DNA from: Planctomycetota bacterium
GTDB lineage: Bacteria > Planctomycetota > SZUA-567 > H5-PLA8
Direction: 5' to 3'
Assembly (NCBI GenBank): GCA_045863855.1
Contig: BTVV01000043.1
Coordinates: forward strand, 1-46,879
Length of the DNA: 46,879 nt
This document shows positions 1-8,786 of the stretch, piece after piece. The notes under the pieces were generated by a model that was not told the DNA's origin, made no database searches, and worked only from the letters and a program-made list of their open reading frames with translations. Position 1 is the stretch's first letter. Every line of letters starts with the position of its first letter. The position numbers and the translations under genes were made by a program.

Positions 1-1
1 C

Positions 2-262
2 GAAACGCCGGTGAGCGGCGAAAGCAATCCTCCGGTGCTGGGTGTGCTGGCTGTCGGCAAAGTGGCCATGCTTTTGGCGCTCTTCGTCTGGTTCGAGCCG
101 GTCCAGAAGCTCTGCCAGCAGGTGATGGTCCCGTTACTGCCTTCGGCGGACGCGCGTTTCGTGGCGAAGCCTGACGCCGGCTCCGCGGTTCAGGATGAAG
201 CGCGGCTTACGCCGGCGCCAAGCCCCGAGCATCTGGCAGCTACGCCCGAGCCGGAGCGGTAG
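2..262 (+). CDS. 3' end of a hypothetical membrane protein (truncated by the window start)
   Basis: Frame open from position 2 to TAG at 260-262; hydrophobic segment VLGVLAVGKVAMLLALFVWF followed by a Pro/Ala-rich tail. Confidence 0.5.
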   Translation, partial: ETPVSGESNPPVLGVLAVGKVAMLLALFVWFEPVQKLCQQVMVPLLPSADARFVAKPDAGSAVQDEARLTPAPSPEHLAATPEPER

Positions 263-317
263 GTCTCCTCCGCAGGGGTCGAGCGTCCCATCCGGCCGTG
301 CGCTATCGTTCAACTCG

Positions 318-1028
318 ATGCAATTTCCGCTTCCACTGGTCCACGGCACGCTCATCAAACGCTACAAGCGTTTCCTGGCGGACGTGACGCTTGCCGACGG
401 TGCCGTCGTCACTGCGCATTGCCCCAACAGCGGCAGTATGAAGGCCTGCGCCGAGCCCGGGCGGCCGGTGTTCCTTTCCGATCACGGCCTCGATACGGCG
501 CGTAAGCTGCGCTACACATGGGAAGCCATCCGCATGGGCCGCACGTGGGTGGGGGTGAACACGATGAACCCTAATCGCGTGGTTCACGAAGCCCTCGGCG
601 CCGGCAGGATTCCGGAACTTTCCGGTTACGCTCAAGCGCGGCGCGAAGTCGTCTACGGTCCGCAAGGGCGCAGCCGCATCGACGTGCTTCTGACCGGGCA
701 CGCCTCCAAGCCGGACTGCTACGTGGAGGTCAAGAACACGACGATGCGGGAAGGGGAGGCCTGCCTTTTTCCGGATGCCGTCACCGAGCGCGGGCGCAAG
801 CACTTGGAGGATCTCGCGCGCGAAGTAAAGCTGGGGCGCCGCGCGGCGATCTTCTTTTTCGTCGGTCGCGGAGATGTGGCATGGATGGGACCGGCCGACG
901 GTATCGATCCGGCCTACGGCAAGGCATTGCGTAAAGCCGTGGCGCAGGGCGTGGAAGCGCTGGCGTATCGCGCGCGCGTCACACCCGCGGGGATCGAACT
1001 GGAACACCGCGTGGACGTGCGGCTTTAG
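318..1028 (+). CDS. sfsA: DNA/RNA nuclease SfsA (sugar fermentation stimulation protein)
   Basis: Motifs LIKRYKRFLADV, AHCPNSGSM, SRIDVLL, YVEVKN, FPDAVTERGRKHL; ATG at 318 lies within ORF 195..1028. Confidence 0.95.
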   Translation: MQFPLPLVHGTLIKRYKRFLADVTLADGAVVTAHCPNSGSMKACAEPGRPVFLSDHGLDTARKLRYTWEAIRMGRTWVGVNTMNPNRVVHEALGAGRIPELSGYAQARREVVYGPQGRSRIDVLLTGHASKPDCYVEVKNTTMREGEACLFPDAVTERGRKHLEDLAREVKLGRRAAIFFFVGRGDVAWMGPADGIDPAYGKALRKAVAQGVEALAYRARVTPAGIELEHRVDVRL

Positions 1029-1191
1029 GCTCTGTCCCGAAACCCTTCTTCGGCGTCTGCTTGCGGGGACCTGCGCAGAGCTTCGCCAGCTGCGCTTGCT
1101 GTATCTACTGTAGAGATACAACGCGTTCGGCATACTCGCACTGCTTGGTCTGCGCGGCGCATACGACTTCGATGCGTTTCGGGACAGAGCC
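1028..1191. mobile_element. MITE-like non-autonomous element, 164 bp
   Basis: Perfect 16-bp terminal inverted repeats GGCTCTGTCCCGAAAC (1028-1043) and GTTTCGGGACAGAGCC (1176-1191), flanked by TA on both sides (1026-1027, 1192-1193); internal hairpins; no transposase. Confidence 0.75.
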
Positions 1192-1988
1192 TAGAATTCC
1201 TGGCAAGCGTTCACGAACATCCAGCCACCCAGCCCCAGCAGGAATACGTTGACCAGCACCGCGAAACGCGCGGCGGGAATGAAGCGGTCCATGTACACGC
1301 CGCTCTTGCCGCCCAGCCAGGCGACCGGCAGCAGCGACAAACCCGCCAGTGCCCAAGTCGCGTCGAGCATGCCCGTCAGCGCGAAGTTTCCGGTGCGAAA
1401 GAGCAGCGAAGCCATGAAGACTGCGTTGAGGGTCACCTTGAACGAATCGCGCGAGATGCCGCTTGCGACCAGATACGCGGCCAGCAGTGGACCGACCATG
1501 CCCATCGATCCGCCCAGTACGCCGCTGATCAAGCCCACGACCACGCATGCACGGCGCGAGTAATCGCGCTTCGAGGGCGCCTCGGCCGCGACGAGCGCTT
1601 CGGCCGTAGGAGCACTCGCCGCAAGCGGGCGAAGCTGGTAGAGACTCTGAAGCATGAGAAAGGTTCCCACGCCCGCGCGCAAATAGGGAAGCGGCACGCG
1701 CTGCAGCAGTTCCACGCCGAGGGGTGTGGAAACGAGCGCGGGAATGGCCAGCCAGAGCGTGCGTTCGAGGTCCAGATGGCGACGGTAGCGATACAGCACT
1801 TCGACGACGGTGCCGAAAGCCACGATGGTCAAACACGGGACGGCGTGGATTCCGATGCCGGGCTGATTGAGCAGCAGGGGTACGGCCAAGAGCGCCATGC
1901 CGAAACCGCTTAAACCTTGGATGAAGGCCGAGACAAAAACGACCAAGACCGCGATAGCGAACCATGGCTCGTAAAAGGGCAAGGACAT
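1191..1988 (-). CDS. Sulfite exporter TauE/SafE (TSUP) family membrane protein
   Basis: Multi-TM protein with two Gly-rich repeats, SAFIQGLSGFGMALLAVP and ISGVLGGSMGMVGP. Confidence 0.88.
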   Translation of the reverse strand: MSLPFYEPWFAIAVLVVFVSAFIQGLSGFGMALLAVPLLLNQPGIGIHAVPCLTIVAFGTVVEVLYRYRRHLDLERTLWLAIPALVSTPLGVELLQRVPLPYLRAGVGTFLMLQSLYQLRPLAASAPTAEALVAAEAPSKRDYSRRACVVVGLISGVLGGSMGMVGPLLAAYLVASGISRDSFKVTLNAVFMASLLFRTGNFALTGMLDATWALAGLSLLPVAWLGGKSGVYMDRFIPAARFAVLVNVFLLGLGGWMFVNACQEF

Positions 1989-2259
1989 GGTGTGAATGCT
2001 CCCCCGCCTGGTCGCGAGGGTGCCGAGGCGAATGATGTAGATTGCAATGGAACGAGAAGTTTATAGAGTTCTACGGGACTTTTATAGATCACTTGTGAAT
2101 TCGGGTATCGAGGCATTACGACGGGCGTTTAAGGAAGTCTGGCCGAATAGTGCAGGTCCTTTGACACAAGGTGGTTAGAAGCGTGGTTCTGGAATAGTTG
2201 GGTGACTCGAAAGTTAATAAATAAAGAGGTCCCTAAGAAAGGAAACATGCACAAGTAAG

Positions 2260-2288
2260 TTGACACGCCAGGTCTGATTGGCTAAAAG
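2260..2288 (+). promoter_or_regulatory. Candidate sigma70 promoter of the infA-rplQ operon
   Basis: TTGACA (2260-2265), 17-nt spacer, TAAAAG (2283-2288), in an AT-rich intergenic region. Confidence 0.4.
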
Positions 2289-2366
2289 ATTGCGTTCTTG
2301 GGATGTTTAGCGGCCCAGCCCTTGCGGGACTAGGCGCGATACCCTCGTACTCAACGTTGGGCCGGC

Positions 2367-2582
2367 ATGGATGTCGCGAGTGTTCGCCTGGAAGCGGTCG
2401 TAATCGAGGCCATTTCCAGCGCGCAGTTTCAGGTGGAGTTGCCCAACGGCCGGCAGCTTTCGGCACGGGTGTCGGGCCAGATACGGATGCATTTCATTCG
2501 CATCGTGCCGGGGGATCGGGTCACGGTGGAGCTTTCGCCGCTAGACCCTTATCAGGCACGGATCGTGCATAAGAATTCGTAA
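2367..2582 (+). CDS. infA: Translation initiation factor IF-1 (divergent)
   Basis: FQVELPNG, SGQIRMHFIRIVPGDRVTVELSP; 71 aa; located directly upstream of rpmJ. Confidence 0.9.
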   Translation: MDVASVRLEAVVIEAISSAQFQVELPNGRQLSARVSGQIRMHFIRIVPGDRVTVELSPLDPYQARIVHKNS

Positions 2583-2597
2583 GTGAGAAGGTGAGCG

Positions 2598-2714
2598 ATG
2601 AAGATTCGAAGGTCGGTGAAGCGCCGCTGTGAGAGCTGCAAGATCGTGCGCCGCAAGGGCCGGCTGTACGTGATTTGCGATAAAGAACCTCGCCACAAGA
2701 TGCGCCAGGGGTAA
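2598..2714 (+). CDS. rpmJ: 50S ribosomal protein L36 (Zn-binding form)
   Basis: Absent from the ORF track; translated by hand as [38 protein letters not shown] with CxxC..C..H. Confidence 0.97.
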   Translation: MKIRRSVKRRCESCKIVRRKGRLYVICDKEPRHKMRQG

Positions 2715-2784
2715 GGGGCCGGGAGGCGGCGGCCGCGCGGCGCGCGGTCTTGCCGCATTCGGGCCATGAGGAGAACGTGTTGCC

Positions 2785-3210
2785 ATGCCGCGCGTAATGG
2801 GTGTCGACATTCCGAACGAAAAGCGAATCGACATTTCGCTGCAGTACCTCTACGGGATCGGCCCGTACCGGGCGAAGCTGGTTTGCCAGCGCTGTAACGT
2901 TCCGCCGGAGACGCGGGCTCGGGATTTGAAGGAAGACGAGCTGGCGCGGATCGCGTCGTTCATCGATACGACCTTCAACGACGAGAATCTCGTGGAAGGC
3001 AAGAGCGGGATGTCGGGTCCGGTGGAAGGCGCGCTGCGCCGCAAGACGCAGATGAATGTGCAGCGGCTCAAGAAGATCAATTCGTACCGGGGCTTGCGGC
3101 ATATCCGCGGGCTTCCGGTGCGCGGCCAGCGCACGCGGACGAATTCGCGGACGCGCAAGGGCAAGCGCAAGACGGTGGCGGTGAAGGTTTCGGTCAAGGC
3201 GATGCGCTAA
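2785..3210 (+). CDS. rpsM: 30S ribosomal protein S13
   Basis: GVDIPNEKRIDISLQYLYGIG, YRGLRHIRGLPVRGQRTRTNSRTRKG; GAGGAG ribosome-binding site. Confidence 0.98.
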   Translation: MPRVMGVDIPNEKRIDISLQYLYGIGPYRAKLVCQRCNVPPETRARDLKEDELARIASFIDTTFNDENLVEGKSGMSGPVEGALRRKTQMNVQRLKKINSYRGLRHIRGLPVRGQRTRTNSRTRKGKRKTVAVKVSVKAMR

Positions 3211-3258
3211 GCCGCCGGCCGGGCGCGGGATTCGGATACATAGGTCAGGGACACGAAC

Positions 3259-3642
3259 ATGGCCAGGACGTACCGCAAGAAGAAGGTCAAGCGCACGGTT
3301 TCGCGGGGCGTGGCGCACGTACAGGCGACGTTCAACAACACGATCATCGCGATCACGGATCCGAACGGGGACGTGTTGTGCTGGGACAGCGCCGGGACGG
3401 TGAAGTTCAAGGGGGCGCGCAAGAGCACGCCGTTCGCCGCTCAGCGCACGGCGGAAGCCGCGGCCGAGAAGGCGATCAAGATGGGCATGAAGGAAATCGA
3501 GGTGCGCGTGAAGGGTCCGGGTTCGGGCCGCGAGAGCGCGATCCGCGGGTTGCAGGCCGCGGGTTTGCAGGTGCGGGCCATCGAGGACGTCACGCCGCTT
3601 CCGCATAACGGTTGCCGGCCGCGCAAGCGCCGCCGCGTCTAA
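3259..3642 (+). CDS. rpsK: 30S ribosomal protein S11
   Basis: [49 protein letters not shown]. Confidence 0.99.
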   Translation: MARTYRKKKVKRTVSRGVAHVQATFNNTIIAITDPNGDVLCWDSAGTVKFKGARKSTPFAAQRTAEAAAEKAIKMGMKEIEVRVKGPGSGRESAIRGLQAAGLQVRAIEDVTPLPHNGCRPRKRRRV

Positions 3643-3718
3643 GGTTCGATCGTGAGATTGCCGTGCCGGGGCGATTCGTTTCCCGGCCGGTCCAGGGCGT
3701 CAAGGGGAAGGTCGCGTC

Positions 3719-4336
3719 ATGGGTCGTTACACCGGTCCGAAATGCAAGCTGGCTCGCCGCATCGGCATGAACCTCGAGCTGAAGGGCAAGCGCCTGGAAG
3801 CCGAGAAGTGCCGCGGCCTGGATATTCCGCCGGGCGGACGCTTCCGCCGCAGCAAGCTGAGCGCCTACGGCGAGCAGTTGCTCGAGAAGCAGAAGCTCAA
3901 GTGGTTCTACGGCGTGATGGAAGCGCAGTTCCGCCGCTACTTCCACGAGGCGGCCAAGTCGAAGGGGAGCACGGGCGAAGCCCTGCTGCTGTTCTTCGAG
4001 CGCCGTCTGGACAACGTGCTTTTCAAGCTGGGCTGGACGCTTACGCGGGCCCAGGCGCGGCAGTTGATCGTTCACGGCCACGTGAACGTCGGCGACCGGC
4101 GCTGCACCATCCCGAGCTGCCGCGTCAGCGCGGGCGATGTGATCCGGATTCGTCCCGCGGAGAAGTCCCAGAAGTACGTGCGCGCGCGGATCGAGGAGTC
4201 CCGGGGCCGCATGGTTCCGGCTTGGCTGAGCGGCGATAACGAGAACCTCACGGCCCGTGTGGTGAACCTGCCCACGCGCGAGGACGTTTCGCTTCCGGTG
4301 AACGAACAGTTGATCGTCGAGTTGTTGTCGAAGTAA
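3719..4336 (+). CDS. rpsD: 30S ribosomal protein S4
   Basis: MGRYTGPKCK, YGEQLLEKQK, ERRLDNV, ARQLIVHGHV, NEQLIVE. Confidence 0.98.
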   Translation: MGRYTGPKCKLARRIGMNLELKGKRLEAEKCRGLDIPPGGRFRRSKLSAYGEQLLEKQKLKWFYGVMEAQFRRYFHEAAKSKGSTGEALLLFFERRLDNVLFKLGWTLTRAQARQLIVHGHVNVGDRRCTIPSCRVSAGDVIRIRPAEKSQKYVRARIEESRGRMVPAWLSGDNENLTARVVNLPTREDVSLPVNEQLIVELLSK

Positions 4337-4475
4337 GCGCCCATTAGCGGCCTCGGCGCGGCGGCCACCGGTCGCCGCCGTGGGCCGTTTGCGGCGCGTT
4401 CCGGACGGCCTGGGTGCGAACCGACCGCGCACCCGTAACAGGCCGAGAGTCGGAAACGAGAGGCGAGGACCTTCT

Positions 4476-5537
4476 ATGCGCATCCGTTGGCGTGGCTTTG
4501 AACTCCCCACCCAGGTGTCCCTTGAGCAGGAAACGGCCACCGAGCAGTACGGGAAGTTTCTGGTGGAACCGTTCGAACGCGGATACGGCGTCACCATCGG
4601 CAATTCGATCCGGCGCGTTCTGATTTCGAGCCTGGAAGGCGCGGCCGTGACCTCCATTCGGGTCAGTGCCACGCGGCCGGGCGAGGACGGTCAGGAGCAG
4701 ACCCTCACGGCGAGCCATGAATTCATGGCGATCCCGGGTTTGTACGAGGACGTCACCGACTTGGTGCTCAACATCAAGGAGATGCGGCTCAAGGCGCATA
4801 CGGACGAGCCGATCAACTTCAAGATCGAGAAGAAGGGCAAGGGTCCGGTCAAGGCCGGCGATATTCAGCACGACGAGCGCTTCGAGATCATCAATCCGGA
4901 TCTGCTGCTCTGCACGCTGACGGACGACCAGACGGCGCTTTCGATCCAGTTCGCGGCGCGCAAGGGCCGCGGGTACAAGACGGCCGAAGAGAATGCCGCG
5001 GCGGAAAGCCCGGTGGGCACGATTCCGGTGGACGCGATCTTCAGTCCGGTCAAGCGGGTACGTTACCGCGTCGAGAACACGCGCGTCGGCCAGCAGACGG
5101 ACTTCGACAAGCTGATCCTCGAGATCTGGACCGACGGCACGGTGAACCCGGAGTTGGCGCTGGTCGAGTCTTCGACGATCCTGCGCAAACACTTCAATCC
5201 GTTCGTGAAGTACTTCGAACTGGGCCGCCAGCTCGAGACGGCGGGCGTGATGGCCGCGGCTCAGCCGGAGATCGGCGAAGACGCGCAGATCCGCGAGTTG
5301 CGCGAGAAGCTCAAGCTGCCGGTCAGCGTGCTGGACCCGTCGGTCCGCGCGGAAAACTGCCTGGCCGCCGCGAACATCCAGACGCTGGGCGACCTCGTCC
5401 GCAACACCGAGGGCGACCTGCTCAAGATCAAGAACTTCGGCAAGACCTCCATGAAGGAGATCAAGAAGAAGCTTGCCGATATGAGCATGCAATTGGGAAT
5501 GGAAATCCCCGAGGAAGCCAACGCGCCCTCGGCCTGA
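4476..5537 (+). CDS. rpoA: DNA-directed RNA polymerase subunit alpha
   Basis: EPFERGYGVTIGNSIRRVLISSLEG, PVDAIFSPV, SVRAENCL, KIKNFGKTS; ATG 4476 follows GAGG. Confidence 0.98.
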   Translation: MRIRWRGFELPTQVSLEQETATEQYGKFLVEPFERGYGVTIGNSIRRVLISSLEGAAVTSIRVSATRPGEDGQEQTLTASHEFMAIPGLYEDVTDLVLNIKEMRLKAHTDEPINFKIEKKGKGPVKAGDIQHDERFEIINPDLLLCTLTDDQTALSIQFAARKGRGYKTAEENAAAESPVGTIPVDAIFSPVKRVRYRVENTRVGQQTDFDKLILEIWTDGTVNPELALVESSTILRKHFNPFVKYFELGRQLETAGVMAAAQPEIGEDAQIRELREKLKLPVSVLDPSVRAENCLAAANIQTLGDLVRNTEGDLLKIKNFGKTSMKEIKKKLADMSMQLGMEIPEEANAPSA

Positions 5538-5558
5538 CTGGGAAGGTAGTCCAACGCC

Positions 5559-6077
5559 ATGCGACACTTGTCGAGCTACAAAGGTTTCAGCCGTCATTCC
5601 GGCCACCGGCTGGCGATGATGCGCAACATGGTGCTCAATCTGATCGAGCACGGCCGGGTCCGCACCACCTTGCCCAAGGCCAAGGCGGCGCGTTCGATGG
5701 CCGAGAAGATCATCACGCTGGGCAAAAAAGGCACGCTGCATCATCGCCGCCAGGCGATCGAGGCCCTGGGCAGCACGGTCGCCGCGAAGGCCGCCGTGCG
5801 CAAGGTGTTCCAGGAACTGTCGGCGCGCTTCGCCAGCCGGCCGGGCGGGTACACGCGGATCCTGAAATTGCCGCGCACCATCCGCCAGGCGCAGAGCGAT
5901 CTGCCGCGCGGCGTGACCAAGCGCAGCAAGTTCTACGGATCGCGGCTGGGCGACAACGCTCCGCTGGTCCTGTGGGAACTCTGCGAGGCCGAGATCACCA
6001 AGAAGGAAAAGCCCAAGGCCAAGAAGAAGAAAGCCCCGGCCAAACCCAAGGAAGAAGCGGCGGCCAAGTCCGAATAA
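5559..6077 (+). CDS. rplQ: 50S ribosomal protein L17 with an internal insertion and Lys-rich tail
   Basis: MRH...HRLAMMRNM, TTLPKAK, RPGGYTRILK, RLGDNAP. Confidence 0.97.
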   Translation: MRHLSSYKGFSRHSGHRLAMMRNMVLNLIEHGRVRTTLPKAKAARSMAEKIITLGKKGTLHHRRQAIEALGSTVAAKAAVRKVFQELSARFASRPGGYTRILKLPRTIRQAQSDLPRGVTKRSKFYGSRLGDNAPLVLWELCEAEITKKEKPKAKKKKAPAKPKEEAAAKSE

Positions 6078-6100
6078 ATCGGCCGCACGACCCGGACCTT

Positions 6101-6132
6101 AAACGGGCGCCCTTGCGGCGCCCGTTTTTTTT
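6101..6132 (+). terminator. Rho-independent terminator of the alpha operon (possibly bidirectional)
   Basis: Stem AAACGGGCGCC / GGCGCCCGTTT with loop CTTGC, followed by a T run; lies between convergent genes. Confidence 0.9.
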
Positions 6133-6153
6133 GGGATCGAGCCCCTGGGTCGG

Positions 6154-8337
6154 CTATTGGGGGTCCGTTTTGGACTTTCGTTTCACCGGCGCGAGGCCTT
6201 CCGCGTCGGGTCCAACCTGGTTGAGCAGGACGACGATATGGTCGTCGTGCGCCAGCAACCGCGCGCCTTCAGGACGAATATCGTTCAGAAACAGCGCGTA
6301 GTAGCGGCGGTGAATAAAGAGCAGGACTTTTCCGGGCGGCTCCGAATCGAGGAGTTCGCGCACGATCTTGCTTCTGGATTCCCCTTTCTGAGGCCGCCGA
6401 GCTTCCTGAACGACGCGCTTCAGGTAGTAGACGAGGCTCTCTTCCTCGCAGCCGACGGTATACAGCTTTTCGACGCGCTGAGCCCATGCGCCGATGTCGT
6501 CGACGATGACTTTATTGGAGCGGTCGGCCACGTGGGGCAGGGCAATGGGTACGAGGCCCCAGACCAAGGCGGCGAAGACGCCCGCCATCGCGAAAGCGGC
6601 GGGGCGGGCGTACCGAGTGAGCACGGCCACGGCCCAAGGCAGGCAGAAGCACAGTCCGGTCACGGCGGCGATGGCCCAAAGAGGAACGGGAGCGGCCTCG
6701 ACGACCCGCGCCCATCGGTTGGGCAACTGGACGATGCGCGAAGGCACGACGATCCATGCGGCGAGGTTGGAGGCGGCGACAGAGATCAGCACGCCGGTCA
6801 AGATGCCGCGGGCGGTTCGTTCGCCGTTGCGGATCATGGAGCGCGCGGCCGCGAAGGCCGCGGCGATCAATCCCAGGCAGGCGGCGATCAAGAGTGCGAA
6901 TTGCCAGACGCGGTCCGGGTTTTCGGGCGGCCGTCCGGGCGGCTCTTCGGCGGGCGACCAAGCCATCACGCCGAGGCATTCGGCAAAGAGAATCACCAGA
7001 AACAGGAGCGCCAGTTTGGCCCGCGGTCCCACCGCATCGCATCCACCGGCCAAGCGCGTGAATAGGCGCGCCGTCAGCAGCGCCGCGGCCGGCATGGCGG
7101 GCAGGATGTAGTACGCCAGCTTGGCCGCGGGAACCGTGAAAAAGAGCACGACGCCCAGCACCCAGGCGACGAGGAACGAATCGGCGACTCGGTACGCATC
7201 GGTGCTTGGAGCCTGGGGTTCCAGGGGCAGCGGCAGATTCGCCGGCTTCCAAGCCGCGATCATGGCAGCCGGCAGGGCCAAGGACCACGGGAAGAAAACG
7301 CCGAGCATGATGTAGAGGTAATAGACCGGCAACTCTTCATGGACATTGCCGCGCATGCGTCCGGCGGTTTCGTAATGCACCATTTCTTGGAAGCGTTGGG
7401 TGCCCAAGTAGGACCATAGGTAAACGTACCACCATAGTCCCAACACGAGAAACAGGGCGAGCGCCCAGACCCAACGGCGGGGTTTCCAATAGTCGCGCAG
7501 GCCGTAGTAGACGATGCAGAAAGCGGCCATGATCGGGCCGGCGATGACGAAGGACGGAAATCGCCCGGTTATATCGCCCGGAGGATCCAGCGGCGCGACG
7601 AGTCCCCAAAGCACTCCCAACACGCCTACTCCGAGCCAGACCGGCGCCCAGAATCGACCCACGGGTTGCGCGTAAAAGGAACGGAACCGAAAGAGCAGCA
7701 CGAACAATAAGGGCACGCAGAAGACGATCAACGTAGCTGTGCCTTTGGCGAGAAAAGCCAGTCCAGCCATAACGCCGGCCACGAGCACCGAAGCATTGGA
7801 ATTCCAGGGCCAGCGTCCGGTCAAACCGAGCATCAGGGCGGCGATGGCGGCGCAGAGCAAAGTGGCGAAGGTCTCGTCGATCACGCAGGTGCGGCTGATG
7901 GCCCAGCAGAGCGGGGTGGTGGCGAGGATCAGGCCGGCCAGATAGCCCGTGGCGTCGCCGTAGATGCGCGTGCCGAGATAGACGGTCAGGAACAGCATCA
8001 GCGCGCCCATTAGCAAGGAAGGCAGGCGGGCGGTGACTTCGTCGGCCGGACCGAAGGCGCGGGCGGAGAGAGCCACGAGCCAGTAGAAGAGCGGCGGTTT
8101 GTTGACGCGCGGCTGCCCGTTGAACTCGGGAATCAGCCAGTCGCCCCCTTCGGCCATGGTGCGCCCGGCGGCCGCGTAGCGCGGTTCGTCGGGGTCCACC
8201 AGCGGCAGGTCGGCGAGCCGATAGGCACTCAGGGCCAGGTAAAAGCCCAGCAAGAGCACGCCCAGCGCGATGCGGCGTGCGGCGCTCCAAGGAGGCCGCG
8301 GTTCGACGGAAGGGGATGGATCGGGGTGCGGGTTCAC
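6154..8337 (-). CDS. ArnT/PMT-family (GT-C) membrane glycosyltransferase
   Basis: DPDEPRYAAAGRTM, GDWLIPEFNGQPRVNKPPLFYWL, ARLPS, LAKG, YYILPAMP; many TM helices; start uncertain (GTG 8337 chosen). Confidence 0.9.
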   Translation of the reverse strand: MNPHPDPSPSVEPRPPWSAARRIALGVLLLGFYLALSAYRLADLPLVDPDEPRYAAAGRTMAEGGDWLIPEFNGQPRVNKPPLFYWLVALSARAFGPADEVTARLPSLLMGALMLFLTVYLGTRIYGDATGYLAGLILATTPLCWAISRTCVIDETFATLLCAAIAALMLGLTGRWPWNSNASVLVAGVMAGLAFLAKGTATLIVFCVPLLFVLLFRFRSFYAQPVGRFWAPVWLGVGVLGVLWGLVAPLDPPGDITGRFPSFVIAGPIMAAFCIVYYGLRDYWKPRRWVWALALFLVLGLWWYVYLWSYLGTQRFQEMVHYETAGRMRGNVHEELPVYYLYIMLGVFFPWSLALPAAMIAAWKPANLPLPLEPQAPSTDAYRVADSFLVAWVLGVVLFFTVPAAKLAYYILPAMPAAALLTARLFTRLAGGCDAVGPRAKLALLFLVILFAECLGVMAWSPAEEPPGRPPENPDRVWQFALLIAACLGLIAAAFAAARSMIRNGERTARGILTGVLISVAASNLAAWIVVPSRIVQLPNRWARVVEAAPVPLWAIAAVTGLCFCLPWAVAVLTRYARPAAFAMAGVFAALVWGLVPIALPHVADRSNKVIVDDIGAWAQRVEKLYTVGCEEESLVYYLKRVVQEARRPQKGESRSKIVRELLDSEPPGKVLLFIHRRYYALFLNDIRPEGARLLAHDDHIVVLLNQVGPDAEGLAPVKRKSKTDPQ

Positions 8338-8374
8338 GCGGCGGGTGCGATTTCGTGGCGCGGTCGTGAAGCGC

Positions 8375-8611
8375 TCATGCCTTGGTCCGGCCCGGCGGGA
8401 GTCCAGGGCCGCCGCGGTTCCAGGAACCTTGGAAGGCTCCGGCGGCATCGAGGCGGATGGACTTTCGATCCCCCTGGTCCTGGAGCACGATTTCGCGCGC
8501 CTTCTCGAGCGCCGGGTGCGCTTGCTGGACGAGTTCCGCGGCGATGCGCCGCGCGTCCAGATCGTCTCGCGCCTCCACATCGATCAGAATCTTAAGTACG
8601 TATTGCCCCAT
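8375..8611 (-). CDS. Small hypothetical protein (78 aa, MGQYVLKILIDVEARDDLDARR...)
   Basis: ATG 8611 preceded by GGGGAG; lies within ORF 8375..8809, co-directional with and just upstream of the ArnT-like gene. Confidence 0.65.
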   Translation of the reverse strand: MGQYVLKILIDVEARDDLDARRIAAELVQQAHPALEKAREIVLQDQGDRKSIRLDAAGAFQGSWNRGGPGLPPGRTKA

Positions 8612-8757
8612 CGTGATGAACTCCCCAGCGGTCCGAGACGCGTGTGCACCGATTCTCCGAACATGCTCTATCGGATTCTGGAAAGGTGTGCAACCGATGG
8701 GAAGACGCCGTGCGCGCGCGATTCGTCGGTGCATCCGGTCAAATTCCTCGGAGTTCC

Positions 8758-8786
8758 TTGCACGCTGCGGAACGGTGCTATATTCT
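8758..8786 (+). promoter_or_regulatory. Candidate sigma70 promoter of the PilZ gene
   Basis: TTGCAC-N17-TATTCT, overlapping an extended -10-like TGCTATATT. Confidence 0.4.

Noticed and set aside
1061..1252. Cys-rich 63-aa ORF
   Set aside because: Lies within the MITE-like element and runs into the TSUP gene; no ribosome-binding site
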